Positions 50,292-63,805 are shown, counted from the stretch's first letter. The stretch is 64,000 nucleotides of DNA from Octopus vulgaris (GCA_951406725.2 OX597816.1:150288001-150352000), one strand, 5' to 3'. Notes: a model not told the origin generated them from the sequence alone. Numbers and translations: made by a program.

Positions 50292-53200
50292 ATTGCCCAA
50301 AAATCCATGAGTAAGAAAAAACAGGCATTCATATACTAGTTAACAGAGTGGGTATATTATTATTACTAAAATACAATATTATAGTCTCATAATAACCAAT
50401 GTATTAAGTGATTGCATACCAGAAAGTTGAGGAACCCCAGCAATCATCAGAAAGGAAGATTGCATGCATTGGTTCTCAGCTTTCTATGATGAAACCAATT
50501 ATTACTTCAATTATTAAGGGACTATAATATTGTATCTTAATATATATATATATATCAATTACACGAATACACACACACTTTAATGGGTTTTATGTCCACT
50601 TATATTAAAAACAGTTTTACATTAACCTGAAAAGTTACACTATTCTTTTGTAGAGTACATATATGTGATTCTTAAACATAATGTGGTAGATACAAATTGC
50701 ATTACTGTACTCAGGAAGACCTACCCACCACAACAGAGTTGATATCCTAAAACCAAGGTGCCATATAAAACGCATTGGTGTGGATACTGGTACCATATAA
50801 AAAGCACTGGTGATGATGCCTCTGTAAGGCGGTTGATGTTAGGAAGGGTATCGACCTGTATAAACCAAACCACAATAGACTATGGAACCTGGTGTGGCTC
50901 TTGGCCTTGCCAGTTCCTGTTAAACCATGTTAAAAGTTGATGTTGATGAAAACGCATTATGTTTTCCACTCAGGTCATGCTGATATAGAGAAATAAAACA
51001 ACAGAATGAGAGTGAGTGATTGTTGGAGATGCTAAATGCAACTGAACTGTAGTAAAAGATTTCTGTCTGAAGTAGCTGGTATCTTAATCAAAATAAAACT
51101 GGAAATATTTTCATAAATTATATATATAGATACAGGCATGATTGTGAACCACAAGTCTGAGTGTGTAGTAAAAAGTTTGCTTCCCATAATATAGTTCCAA
51201 GTTCAGTCCCACTGTGTGGTACCTTGGGTAATTGTCTCCTACTATAGCCCTGAGCCAACTAAAGCCTTGTGAGGGTATTTAGTTGATGGAAACTGAAAGG
51301 AACCTGGTGACGGTATGTATGTATGTCCATATGTGTGAGTGTGAGTTTGTTTGTATCTCCTTGTCTTGACATTGCATGACAGTTATAAATGAGTGTCATT
51401 GTCATACATGTAGTGTCATTCATTTCTAGTATTGTGCAAGAGCATGTCTGGCCATTGGGAAATATTGCCTTGCTTGGAAACAGGTGTGGGTTGGAAGGGT
51501 ATTCAGCTATCCAAAATTTGCTGCAACAGATTCTGTCCAATCCATGCAACTTGGAAAAGTGGATATTTCATATGTATTTGTGTGTATGTGTGTGTGCAAG
51601 TTACATAGATGATAATATTTTTAATAGAGATGCTACAACCATATCTGATTGTTCTCATTGTTTAAATCCTGTATATGTGCATATATTTACTCTATTACTA
51701 ACATTTATCAGTGGTTTCTCCCATTGTTTTAATGTGCCATTTTCTATCATTAATAAAACTGTAGGCATTTTTGACAACATGGGTAAGCTAGCAATACATA
51801 TTCCACATTAGTTTAAAAAATTATTAAATGAGAAAATTATTATGATGGATAACGCTGAACTTTTAATCTTTTCTCTTTAGTGTGCAGAGTCAATTTCTTT
51901 CACCTTGGTTTTTCTCTTCTGTCATTCCACTCCTCTTACTGCCATCTTTTTATCAAGCTATATATGGTGTTCACTAGACAAAACTATTTTGTGTTCACAG
52001 AAACTAATTTACAATAATAACAAAAATAAATAAATAAATTATGCTCTATGGGAAAAATTATCCTCAAAGCTTGAATCCGTTTATTTCTTTTTCGCAGACT
52101 AAATTTTAAATTTTATATCATTTCCCAGTTGGAACTATTTTACGTGTATTGTTAGTGACAAGGAAAGCTTTTATGTTTTCTTCTATTTCTGAGGTTATTA
52201 ACCTCTTCTTATAATATTTTGTTTTGTTTTCTTTTTTTACAGTAAGTTTCAGTGTATTTAATTTTAATACAAAAATAATGGAAGAATTTGCAGATCAAAA
52301 CTTATTGTAAATATAAAAAAAAGTTGAAATCAAATCAGTCTGATCAAATAATTTCTGTTACATAACCAAGCCCCTGTATATCCAAGTTGCATATTTGGTT
52401 AAGGAGAAATTAATGATGGTTATTTCCCTTAGATAAGATCGGCGTTATTAAATCTTTAGTTATTTCCCTGGAAATTTTAAACTCTATATTCTAAAAATTA
52501 TTGGGGTTTGTTTGAAGGAACCTGCAAAGGATACGTTCCCATATATTTTGCAGCTCCTAGACCAGTGAGATCGATACAGTCAGCGTTCCTCTTGAATCAT
52601 CCAACCCTTTTCTATTAAAAGAGATATGTCATCATCCGCTTCAGTTTCATTATTCCAGTAAGAAAAAATGAACCATAATTTGAACTGATTGAATCCAGAT
52701 AATCCTATTTTTCATCTGGGCTGACTGAATGAGCTGAATTCTTCATGTCACCAGCGTATGAAAATTTTTTGTGATTTTGGTGTCAGCTTTTACAATAAAG
52801 CCTTACTTTAGAATTATGTTTAAAAACTATTCATTTCCTGATGTTATTCATGATGACTTCTACAAGTTTTCTACAAGCCAAAAAGGTGTTTCTATGCAGT
52901 CAGTCAGACTGCTTCAAAAGCAGCTAAATTTCACACAGATCACACCCTGCCATCTAAAAACGGAAAAGATACATTGAACAGTATATTTCTAGATTTACAA
53001 AAGTAACAGGATGGTCATAGCTGGAATGTCTTTGATCATTGGTTTGCTCAGTCAGGACTGACTTGAGGTTAGTCAACAACAGCAATATTTAAATCTTTCT
53101 CTCTAGAATCTTAGATTTCTAAGGGATAGAAAACATGTTTCGGTGCTCAGTCTTTTCCAAAATACATTAGGAAACAATGTAAATGAACTGGAAGTAAATA

Positions 53201-53609
53201 CAATAAAGAATTGAAACCAAGTCACACAATCAGGATGTAGTAGGCCAACATCCTAACCTGTAGAAGATTTATGTCTAACCCATTTAACTCCATGAAAATT
53301 AAAGATAAGCACCAGATATACAAATTCTTTGGGTTCAAAAGAGATTAATTTTTGAGGTTATTATTAAGTTTTTTAACTTGTGGGCAATGCTTAGGCCAAA
53401 TCACTATATTCTCTACAAATGATAGATTTTCTCATTTTCTGATAACTTTTTATGTTTATCATATTGTCAAAATTATATTACAAAGCTGGCTTTTCTCTTC
53501 TTAGCCACATATATTTCAGTCCTAAAAAACTACTAATTATTTCTGTAACTCAAATAGAGCTACACAAGAGTATATTTCACATATACAAAACAGTGTATAT
53601 GCATTCTTC

Positions 53610-53842
<233 letters not shown>

Positions 53843-55684
53843 CGACAAAAAAAAAACTTTTTGCTAGATAGCCTCCATTCACTAATGGTCTGTAATCAAT
53901 CCCTCTTTCTTGAGCTGTGCCTTTTCTGTAATTATTTTATGATTACAATCCCCTGTACATTCCTAATCCTCTGACTGCATGCTACTCCCACCTAAACTTG
54001 TTCTTTGTATCTATTTCTTCCCATCATTCCTCTAATACACCCAAAAGATCACATACTAAACATTTTGCCAAGCTTTTCTTTCTTAAAATTGCCTACATCT
54101 GGATACAGCTTGCCTGCTTATGTTTTCCTTACAACTACTGATGTATTTCAACTTAAATCAAGCCTTAACTGGACTAACCTCACTGATATCCTTCTTTCTC
54201 AGTTTTTATGGCTCTGAAATATTTCAGAATAAAACATAAAAGTAACAAAATAATTTAGATATTATCTTTACTTCATGAAATCATTCTTTCACCATGTGTC
54301 TACTGTTTCTGAGGAAGCTTGTTATAAATTTGTTTAAAGTTTAATTTTATTAACAATTTAATTTTTATGACTTCTACTAATTTGTTGTTAAGATTTGATT
54401 AGATCTATTAGATAACAGAGATAGTATCAAATATTTGTAAATCTGAAATGGAAAGAATACATTTAAAAAAATTCTCTCCCTTAGTTTTTTCCAAGACATG
54501 AAGAATTACTTTTTAAGGAGAATCACAGATAATCATCCCTTCGTGTAGAGTTGTTGTTTTTGTTGTTTATTAAGTTTGGACCTAATTATGCAGACCTATC
54601 ATAAAAAAGTATTTAGCTGTAACTTTTTTTCCCTTATGTATATCTTGGCTATACTATCTATATTATCCAATGTATAGACATAGGCATTACTGGTGGGTTA
54701 CAAAGTTTGCTTTGCAACTATGTATTTTGGGGTTTGGTGCTACTGTGTATCATCATGGATAAATGTCTTTTACTGCAGCCTTGTGAGTAGAATAGGTAGA
54801 TAGAAACTATGCAGAAGTTGATTCTGCATATTTTCAATAAAGTTGTTTGAGTGGAAAAAAAAAAGCAGGGACATTCACTAAATTCTCTACTAAAACAGTT
54901 TCCCACTTCAGCAAAATATCATACTTGAAAAGCAAAGGTTGCCTGTGGGAAGAGCATCTGACTGTAGAAGAACTACCTCAATAAGTCTCTTATAATACAT
55001 ACCAGCATGGTATGTATTATAAGAAATAAACATGAAAGTAATGGTTGTGGTGGTGGCAGTGATTGTGGTATGACAGTGATGGCAGTAAGACAATATGATT
55101 TGATCTGAGTGAGATATGGCTGCTAATTCTAGAAACTTCTTCCTTGGCTCCAGATGACTTTGTTGGGTAATGATCATTAAAAATATTAATATGCAGCTAC
55201 ATGAATAGTGTATACAAAATTTTGTCATTAATTAGCAAATAAAAAAAAACTTCCAATATTCAGGGAAAAGAAATTAAAAGTTGTAATCATTTTAGTATTT
55301 CCCAAAAGTATTAACAACATAAGCAAAGTAGAATGAATTCAACTAGTTACTGCAAATATGTCTCAACTGTAAAACAACAACAAGAGAAATAATAAAACTG
55401 GAACAGAATTAATGTATTTGGTATTTAGCAGCATCCACAAAGAGTAGTAATGGCATGTAATAGCAGTTTTGTCATTGCCTACCATTACAGTTGTTATAGT
55501 CATAGCAATATTCTGGAGTTATACTACCTCTGTTATAGTCAAGGGACAGTTAAGTAATGCAGCCTAGGTATATTTTTATTTCTTTAAGGTTGATAAAAAT
55601 AAAGTGCAAATACTATTCAGTTATTACCTTTCCCTCTTGTATTTCAAAAGAAATATTTTGGGGTACATGTACATATGTATGAAG

Positions 55685-55995
55685 ATGTGTGGCTTTGCGG
55701 TTAGAGTATTCAGCTCATGATCATAACACCTGTGAGTTCAATTCCTGGCAGTGTGTTGTGTTCTTGAGCAAGTCACTTTATTTCATGCTGTTCTAGTTCA
55801 CTCAACTGGTAAAACTGAATAGTACCTGTATTCCAAAGGGCCAGCCTTGTCACATTCTCTGTCACACTGAATCTCCTTGAGAACTATGTTAAGGGTACCC
55901 AGGGCTGGAGTGCTCAGCCACCTGCACGTTAATTTCATGAGCTGGTTGTTCTATTGATTGGATTAACTGAAACTCTTGTCATAACCAACAAAGCG
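55685..55995 (+). mobile_element. Family D-type tRNA-derived SINE with different tail
   Basis: tggctttgcggttagagt...gagttcaattcctgg...tgtgttcttgagcaagtcactttatttc. Confidence 0.7.
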
Positions 55996-57677
55996 CCACT
56001 TAATATGTGTATAGATGCAGGCATGTTTTGTGAGAGAGAAAATGGGCCCGGTCAAATGGTTTCTGAGTCCAAAACGAAAGTGCAAACTGTTGGGTAAGTG
56101 TCTTGTACTATATACTTGGGTCAGCCAAAGCCTTGTGTTTGAAGTGGAAACCTGTTAGAGAGACTAAGAGCATAGGTGGCCTAATGAATAGAGTAGCAGA
56201 CATCCATCGAAGATGCCAACATTGTGTCAATATGTTATGTAATACTCAAAATCGCCAAGCCTGCCAAGCTATAAATAATTACCAAATTCAATTACTTTTA
56301 TAAGACAGCCAAACTCACTATGTGGTTGCTCAACCTGCTACAAATAGCAGCCAAATCTCCTCAGATACCACATGCATCTTATAAATGGAAGAACATGATG
56401 GATAGCATAATCATAGATTCACAAAATTTATGATGGTCGTAACTGGAATAATTTTGGTCATAGTTTACTAATTAGAGCTGCTCTTAAATTAACAACAATA
56501 ACAGTTCCATTAAAGAAAAACTGAACCCCTGAGAGAGGCAATCACAAACCATCCCTTTAATATGCATAGAAAGCCTTGTGTATTGGATGCCCCACAGGAG
56601 TAACAGAAGTCAGATTCGTATATTTATTTTTATATTAATGTTAAAATTTTTACATGACAAATAAAATATTTACTTATGAAAGAATTCAAATATTAGTGGT
56701 AGAGTTGTATTCATTACTTAAAGAGGTTGAATCACTTCTCTTGAGGCTTATTTAAACATTGTGTGGATAAGCTTTAAAAAGTAAAATTTGCTGCTATAGG
56801 CTCCCACTGTGTGTGTGTGTGCATGTGTCTGTGTGTGTGTGTATGTGTAAACGGCAGGTAAGTTGTACCTAGTACTACTACTACTACTTTTAAAATGGAG
56901 AGAACTCGATACAAGATAGATTATTTTAGATCAATTGTAAATTGATTGGCTTCAGAAGAAAACAAATTAGAGTAAATTCAGTTTTAACTAACATATAAAA
57001 TCAGTGAAGTCTAAAAGTTATTTCTGCTTTGAGGAGTTTAAAATATTGTCATATTTGTCTCAAAAAAGAAATACATGGAAAAAATGTATTTCAAAAAATA
57101 TTAAAACAGTTTTAACAATTTCCAGCCTGGTAACAAAGGGTAAGGACATATAATTTAGAAAGACAAGCAAAATGTGTGCCATTGTCTATGAATAATTTAT
57201 CTCTAGCATCTATAATATTGATTTCTCGTGACTTGGTGCATAGTATATTTTGTTAGAGCTAAGAAAATATATGAAAGAATCAATCATAGTATATTGCTGG
57301 TATTTATTTATCATGTCTGGGGAAAAAGAAAAGATAAATCAGTTATCATGAGGTTTTAATTAGAAAATGGCATTGGTAAAACTAAATATTGTAATTCAAT
57401 TAGTATACCAGTCAACTGTCTCACCAGAATTTTTCTATTTTTACTATGCAAAGAAAATTTTTTGTAGAAGTAACAAATGGTTATTGCAATTTTCATATCT
57501 TTCAATATTATGGACATGGGTAAATAGAAGCTTTCCTGCTATGTTAAAGCACTTTTATTTTTCTATATCAATACAAAATCTTTGACAATGAAAAAAACAT
57601 TCTTGCTTAAGGACACTAATGCCTTCATTGAAGTAAATTATTATACTTCGTAATAATAATAATAATAATAATAATAA

Positions 57678-58096
57678 GCCTTTCTTCTATAGGCACAAGA
57701 TCTGGATTTTTTGGGGTAGGGGGACAGTCAATCACATAGATCCCTGTACTCAACTGGTACTTAATTTATTGACCCTGAAAGGATGAAAAGCAAAGTCAGC
57801 CTCAGCTGAATTTGAACTCGGAATGTAGTGGCAGATGAAATACCGCTAAGCATTTTGCCCAGCGTGCTAACAATTCTGCCAGCTTGCCGCCTTAGTTTCA
57901 AATTTTGCCACAAGGGGAACAATTTTATGGGAGGGGATGAGTTGATTGCATCAACCCCAGTGTTCAAATGGTACTTAATTTATCAATTCTGAAAGGATGA
58001 AAGGCAAAGTCAACCACTACGGAATTTGAACTCAGAATGTAAAGACAGACAAAATGTCGCCTGGCATGATAACGATTCTGCCAGCTTGCCACCTTA
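57678..58096 (-). mobile_element. Tandem pair of Family B SINEs
   Basis: Two consecutive copies (57678-57893, 57895-58096), each ending in ttctgccagcttgcc(g/a)cctta on the + strand. Confidence 0.88.
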
Positions 58097-58504
58097 AATA
58101 ATAAAAATAGTAATAATAACCATGTGTTGAGTGCGATTCTTTGGGATTCGATTAATTTACCTCTGGAAACATGGATGTTTCATTCATTGTCCTTAAACAA
58201 CCCTTAAAGGGACCTTATGAGTGGAATGGTCTGCTTGACCTGAAGAAAATTCTGCCTGGGCTTCACCTTGCACTGCGTATTGGGTTTTGTATATTTGTAC
58301 CTCAGTGTCATTTTGCTGGCATGCACTGCTCTCATTCAGTAATAATAATAATGGTTTCAAATTTTGGCACAAGGCCAGCAATTTCAGGGGAGGAGTTTAG
58401 TCAATCATATCAACCCCAGTGCTCAACTGGTACTCATTTTATTGACCTCAAAAAGATGAAAGGCAAAGTCAACCTTGGCAGAATTTGAATAATAATAATA
58501 GTAA

Positions 58505-59070
58505 ATTATTATTATTATTATTATTGAGTGAGAGAGCAGTGCATGCCATCAAAGTGACACTGGGGTAAAATATACGAAGCCCAATATACCCATCATGACT
58601 ACCCGTCTGATAAGGGTACACCAGGCACATGCATCACAACCATATGTGCGCGAGATGGTAATCTCATATCAAGATAAACAGTGTGTGAGCGCATGACCTT
58701 GCAGGTGAGGCCCAGTTAGAATTTTCTTCTCGTCGAGTAACCCATCCCACTCAAAAGGTCCCTGAATAAGGGTTGTTTAAGGATGTTGAACAGACCACCC
58801 ATGTTTCCAAAGGTGAATTATCAAAACCTTCAAGAATTCCTTTCAACACATGGCTATGATGCTCCCCTACTACTTCTGCTCGTGATCAAAGATGCACATA
58901 TCGTCAGCCACTAAGGGACATGCTCAACTGGTTACGGTCAAACAACTGACAGGCAAATCTGTGGTATTGAGCAGAATATTTGCTGTAGCCCATCTTTTAT
59001 ACCAAGACAAAACAATGTACATGATAACACTTCCAATCAGTTAAGATCAGGAGCCATGAGAGCCATTGTC
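58505..59070 (-). mobile_element. (AAT)n-tailed non-coding interspersed repeat (Family E), with a degenerate inverted copy at 58120-58350
   Basis: gcatgcactgctctc...aataataat terminus on both copies; ccttaaacaacc and ggaaacatgg are shared in opposite orientation. Confidence 0.7.
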
Positions 59071-59117
<47 letters not shown>

Positions 59118-59573
59118 AATTTCACCGAGGTCAACTTTGCCTTTCATCCTTTCAGGGTTGATAAATTAAGTGCCAGTCAAATACTGGAGTCAATGTACTC
59201 AACTGTCCCCCTCCAAATTCCAGGCTTTCTGCCTATAATAGAAATCATCATCATCATCGTTTAGCGTCCGCTTAAACGATGATTATTATTATTATTATTA
59301 TTATTTTCTGTCTTTTTCTTTTCGCCTTTTATAAAATTTTAACTTAAAAACTGATGATGTCATTCCATCAACGTGTGGACGCTGGTTGCTCTCATTCATA
59401 TTTTACATTTACATTTCTGTAATTTTGAATTTTTATCACTTCTTATTTTGAACTTGACAAAGACAGACATACTGTTGAAATATCGTTCAACTAATAAAAT
59501 ATCTTACAATCGAATCATGCTCTTCGTCTTGACTGTTTACTTTTGTGAAGAGTTACGACAATCCTTTTTAAAA

Positions 59574-59622
<49 letters not shown>

Positions 59623-61734
59623 AATAGAAGGCAGTTAAAATTACATCAAGCAGAAATCAAAACTCACTCATGAGCATCTTTTAACATTACTTGATTTATT
59701 ATTATATCAATGTATAAATGTTCAACATGAAATTTTAGATTAATCATTTTTATATTAATTGCATCAATAAACTCTCCCACCAAATAACAAGAAATCTCTG
59801 CAAATAACAAAACCATTTTTCAATTCTGCAGTAGACTTACTGCTTATAACCTATGTATGGCTCATTTTACCTCTCTGAGGTCTGAAATAGTGTGTGTAAA
59901 ATCTTGAGCAGAGCTTAGTAGTTGGTTTACAAACCCTCAACATTTTTGCAAACTAGTGGTTTCTTATTTCCAATGTAAAATACTAAGTACCACTTATGCT
60001 CAGAATATAACTGGAAATTATATCTGTCAACTTTATCTCTCCTCATCTCTCATGAATTTCAGTAAGATGCATTGAAGTTGAGGTGACTAATATTCATTTT
60101 AAACTCTGAGTTTTAAATTCACTTATTGAATACAAATATAGAAAGGAAACTATCTCCACAGGAGTACAGTAGTTCTGGAAAAGATGTTTGGGTAAGGTCT
60201 AGAATTTGGAAGGTGAAAGTAAAACAAACATTACAAGAAGAGGAGGTTCATCAAGTAGACATTGCTCTCATAGTATTAGTAAAGTCAAGAGAGGACAACT
60301 CATACCAATGAGCAAAGGAATAAGGGAATAAAAGCTTGACTACCTGATGAATAGCTTCTTTTGTAATATAGTTTAAAATGTGTATGAGAGAGAAAGAAAG
60401 AGTGAAAGGGTGTGTGTATGTGCAAGAAGTATTTTACAGTATTTTTTCCATTTATAAAAATGTGTAGAGAAGCAAAACAAGGTATTTGTGTGACTTTTGA
60501 TCTTATGAAAGTATTTAACTCAGTAAATTAGCACAAAATATACTGAGCAATAATATTGTTTCTTTTGTTTCTACTGGTTTCAGTGAAAGGATGTGGGCAT
60601 GCTGGGGTGCCAGCTTTATTGTCCACCCTTAGAGGCATAATGACATGCTGCAAACTGCAAGCATTCATTTGAAACAGATCATGAACATATGAAAGACAAG
60701 ATCAGGATTAACTTCATGCTACAAAAAGACAAACCCCTTAGCATGGAAGAGATATTGGTACAATGAGACCATGAGACTTCTGCTAGCTTGGGTATGTCCA
60801 AAAAATGGAAGAAATTTATTGTTGTGACATATATTCAATTCCCAGTTGGTTAATGGATTGAGAAACCAAGGTAGAGAGATACTAAGATATGACTAAACAT
60901 AACATAAGGAGATTGAATGTTTATGGCAACAGAAAACAAAAAGTATTTTCCAGGGTGTACTGGGTGCATTTTTTCATGACACCAGTGTATAGAGGTTGCT
61001 TTAAAACCAGCAAGACTAAAGAGCCCTCTCAAGCCCTGCGTTGTTGTTTTAGTGTGGAATCAGTATGAAAACAGATGGGGACCTAGTGGTAAGAGTGATG
61101 GGGTGAGTCAGTCAACCTTTTAGGTCAGCATGGATTGGTCACTTTGTCAGGATCTGAGTAAGTTCTTGTTAGGATTATGCAGGTTTTTTTTGTTTTTTTT
61201 TGTTGCAAGTGTATAATAGGAAAGGGACTTACAGAGGCAGTGTTAGAGAAGGGCATAATAGGAGGGGAAAAGAAAAAGTAGAGTCGAGAGATAGAAAGAG
61301 AAAGTGACAAGCTTGGTGGGGTGGGTTGAACAGAAGGAGATGCATGCAGTTCTGCTGCACTGTATATGAGTAGGTAGAGTGATACATTAAGTAGTGGTAA
61401 TGTGATTAAAAGGAGTTGGAGCATATCTTCAGGGTAACATGTCCGAGAAAACACACTGACAGAAGAAGCAAGTGGGAGAAAGCTAAAGGTTACCAGAGTG
61501 CAACTCTTCTCCAGTCAAGCATATATATTTTTTAATACATGTAGCCAACCTTCAATATTGCTGTGTAAAATAGATTTAAGTATATTTTCAAGATTTCTTT
61601 GCTTGCTCTAAAAATCTCTTCACACATGAAATGTATCCTTTGTTTTTATAATAGTTTTGCAACATTAATGTGCATGTCTCTTTCTCTCTCTCTCTCCATG
61701 TGAGTACACACACACACGCAGAGTCAGGGAGGGG

Positions 61735-62080
61735 ATCGTTGCTAGCGTTGTTTTACCAGCACATGTGCTGATGACACATGAAAAACAACATTCGAGTGTG
61801 GTCATTGCCAGTGCTGCTGGACTGGCTCCCATGCAGGTAGCATGTAAAAACACCTTTTCAGCATGGTCGTTGCCAGAACCGCCTGACTGGCCCTCATGCC
61901 GGTGGTACGTAAAAGCACCCACTACACACTTGGACTGGTTGGCATTAGGAAGGGCATCCAGCTGTAGAAACTTTGCCAGATCAGATTGAGCCTGGTGCAG
62001 CCTCTGGCTCACCAGTCCTCAGTCAAACTGTCCACCCATGCCAGCATGGAAAGCGGACGTAAAACGATGATGATGATAAT
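61735..62080 (+). mobile_element. Family A retroposon copy
   Basis: Tandem units plus aggaagggcatccagctgtagaaac plus gcggacgtaaaacgatgatg. Confidence 0.88.
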
Positions 62081-62403
62081 GAATTTCAGCATGAATCTAT
62101 TTATACTGTGATTAAATATCATGTAAGCACCTCGCAGTATTATTTTAAAATATGCTAGTATACTCCAATATGTAATGTTTGGCACAGGTTTCAGTATCAT
62201 ATCACTATCAGCTATGCCTGCATCCATGCATATATACATCCAACTGTTCATACCCATATTATAGTTAAGATTTTGGTTATGAGATTTATTTTATATGACT
62301 TGTACAACCAGTATTGTACTGTGTAAGGTACATAACTCCATTTGCACTTGAAACGATTCTCCAGGATTAGTTAAGATGTAAGAAATTTCATCACGTAACA
62401 AAA

Positions 62404-62457
<54 letters not shown>

Positions 62458-62561
62458 AGAGTGTATAATTGTGAATAAATCACAATTATAGCAGAGAGGG
62501 TTGTAAAAACCTTCGCAATGTATTTTCGCATTCCTTTTGCACACACACACATATATATGTG

Positions 62562-62804
62562 TCCATGTGTCTAACACACGTGGACATGCCTACAAAGTCA
62601 GAAAACAGCACAGCTCCCATGACTTTCGGAAACATTTTTTCACGCTCAGGGTTGCTGAAGCGTGGAATAAACTGCCTGCATCAGTTGTTGACTTCCATGA
62701 CACTGCATCCTTTAAGGCCCTCATGCTTCCCGAAATCCGTCGAAACTACACCTGATTATATATACACTTTAGATGAGTTGTAGTGCACCTGAGCACTGTA
62801 CACA

Positions 62805-62840
<36 letters not shown>
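62562..62840 (+). mobile_element. Young CR1-like LINE 3' fragment with (ATT)n tail
   Basis: HVSNTRGHAYKVRKQHSSHDFRKHFFTLRVAEAWNKLP; CpGs intact relative to the 43260-43600 copy. Confidence 0.88.
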
Positions 62841-62844
<4 letters not shown>

Positions 62845-62963
62845 CATCATCATGATATAGTGTAGTGGGTGCTTTTTACGTGCCAGGGGAGGCTGGCAAC
62901 GGTCACGATCGGTTGGTGCTTTTTACGTACCACCTGCACGGAAGCCAGTTCGGATGGTGCTTT

Positions 62964-62998
<35 letters not shown>

Positions 62999-63006
62999 AA
63001 GATAAT

Positions 63007-63560
63007 GGTACAACAATGCACCAGTATTTACTGAAAACAGCAGTCGATAATATACGACGCTATAGTAAAGCTTCACTATATATATATATATATACTGGCA
63101 ATCATATATGCAGGCGGCGCTGGCATAAAATAATTCATCTTACCTATAGGAAGAACATCAAATAAATGTACAACCCAGATGTGGATAATCTAGGACCTAG
63201 GTTTCGAACTTTCCAAATTAGGTTTGTTAACGTAAATTTGATTAGTCCTCATCGGCTAGATTCACCTAGACAAAATCTTAAATGTCGCTGCATCAGTGCC
63301 ACTGTATACTCGTCTGAAGCGCCTAGCCGTTAACAGACCGAGAACAGTGAAAAAGTTTTCAAAGAAAAAATTATTAAATACTGCAGTACAATAGTATTGC
63401 TTCCCAGTAAAACAAAGCACCAACAGGTTAAAGTGTAAATAAGATAGTGGTCCAACAATGCATCAATATTTACTGGAAGTAGCAGACGATAATATACGAT
63501 GCTAGAGTAAAACTTCACTGTATATATATATAATGGCAAACATATTTGCAGGCGGGAAGC
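63007..63560. repeat. Diverged ~105-bp direct repeats flanking the hammerhead motif
   Basis: caatgcaccagtatttactgaaaacagcagtcgataatatacgacgcta (63014-) vs caatgcatcaatatttactggaagtagcagacgataatatacgatgcta (63456-); both continue to (TA)n..ggcaa..catat..gcaggcgg. Confidence 0.8.
63187..63262 (-). ncRNA. Type I hammerhead ribozyme motif with long helix II and palindromic helix III
   Basis: Minus strand: AAUCUAG-CCGAUGA-GGACU...AGUUC-GAAA-CCUAGG-UC-CUAGAUU. 7-bp helix I, GUC cleavage triplet; core U4 is C. Confidence 0.72.
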
Positions 63561-63578
63561 TATACTATTATATTGCAC

Positions 63579-63615
<37 letters not shown>

Positions 63616-63781
63616 CCACTCGGAATTAATGTACATGTTCTACACAACATAGCGTAATTATTGTAAATTCATTTTCGGACATATACCATCGATCCCCCAC
63701 CTCACCCCCAAAAAATTTATAGCAATTTGGTGACTGTAACAAAGACGTTGAAAATAGCAGTCCTCTGTTGAAAGGACTCAC

Positions 63782-63805
63782 ATGACCTCTGGACAAGCTG
63801 GACAT
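63782..63805 (-). CDS. Speculative short first coding exon (MSSLSRGH) on the minus strand
   Basis: ATGTCCAGCTTGTCCAGAGGTCAT|GTGAGT with a strong intronic donor hexamer, in a locally CpG-richer stretch at the window end. No homology recognised. Confidence 0.2.

Noticed and set aside
52225-52250. Polypyrimidine tract + acagtaagt as a recursive splice site
   Set aside because: AG and GT share the same G (CAGTAAGT, not CAGGTAAGT), so it is not a canonical ratchet point.
58606-58640. ctgataag... as a hammerhead core
   Set aside because: Core is CUGAUAA and no helix II-GAAA follows.
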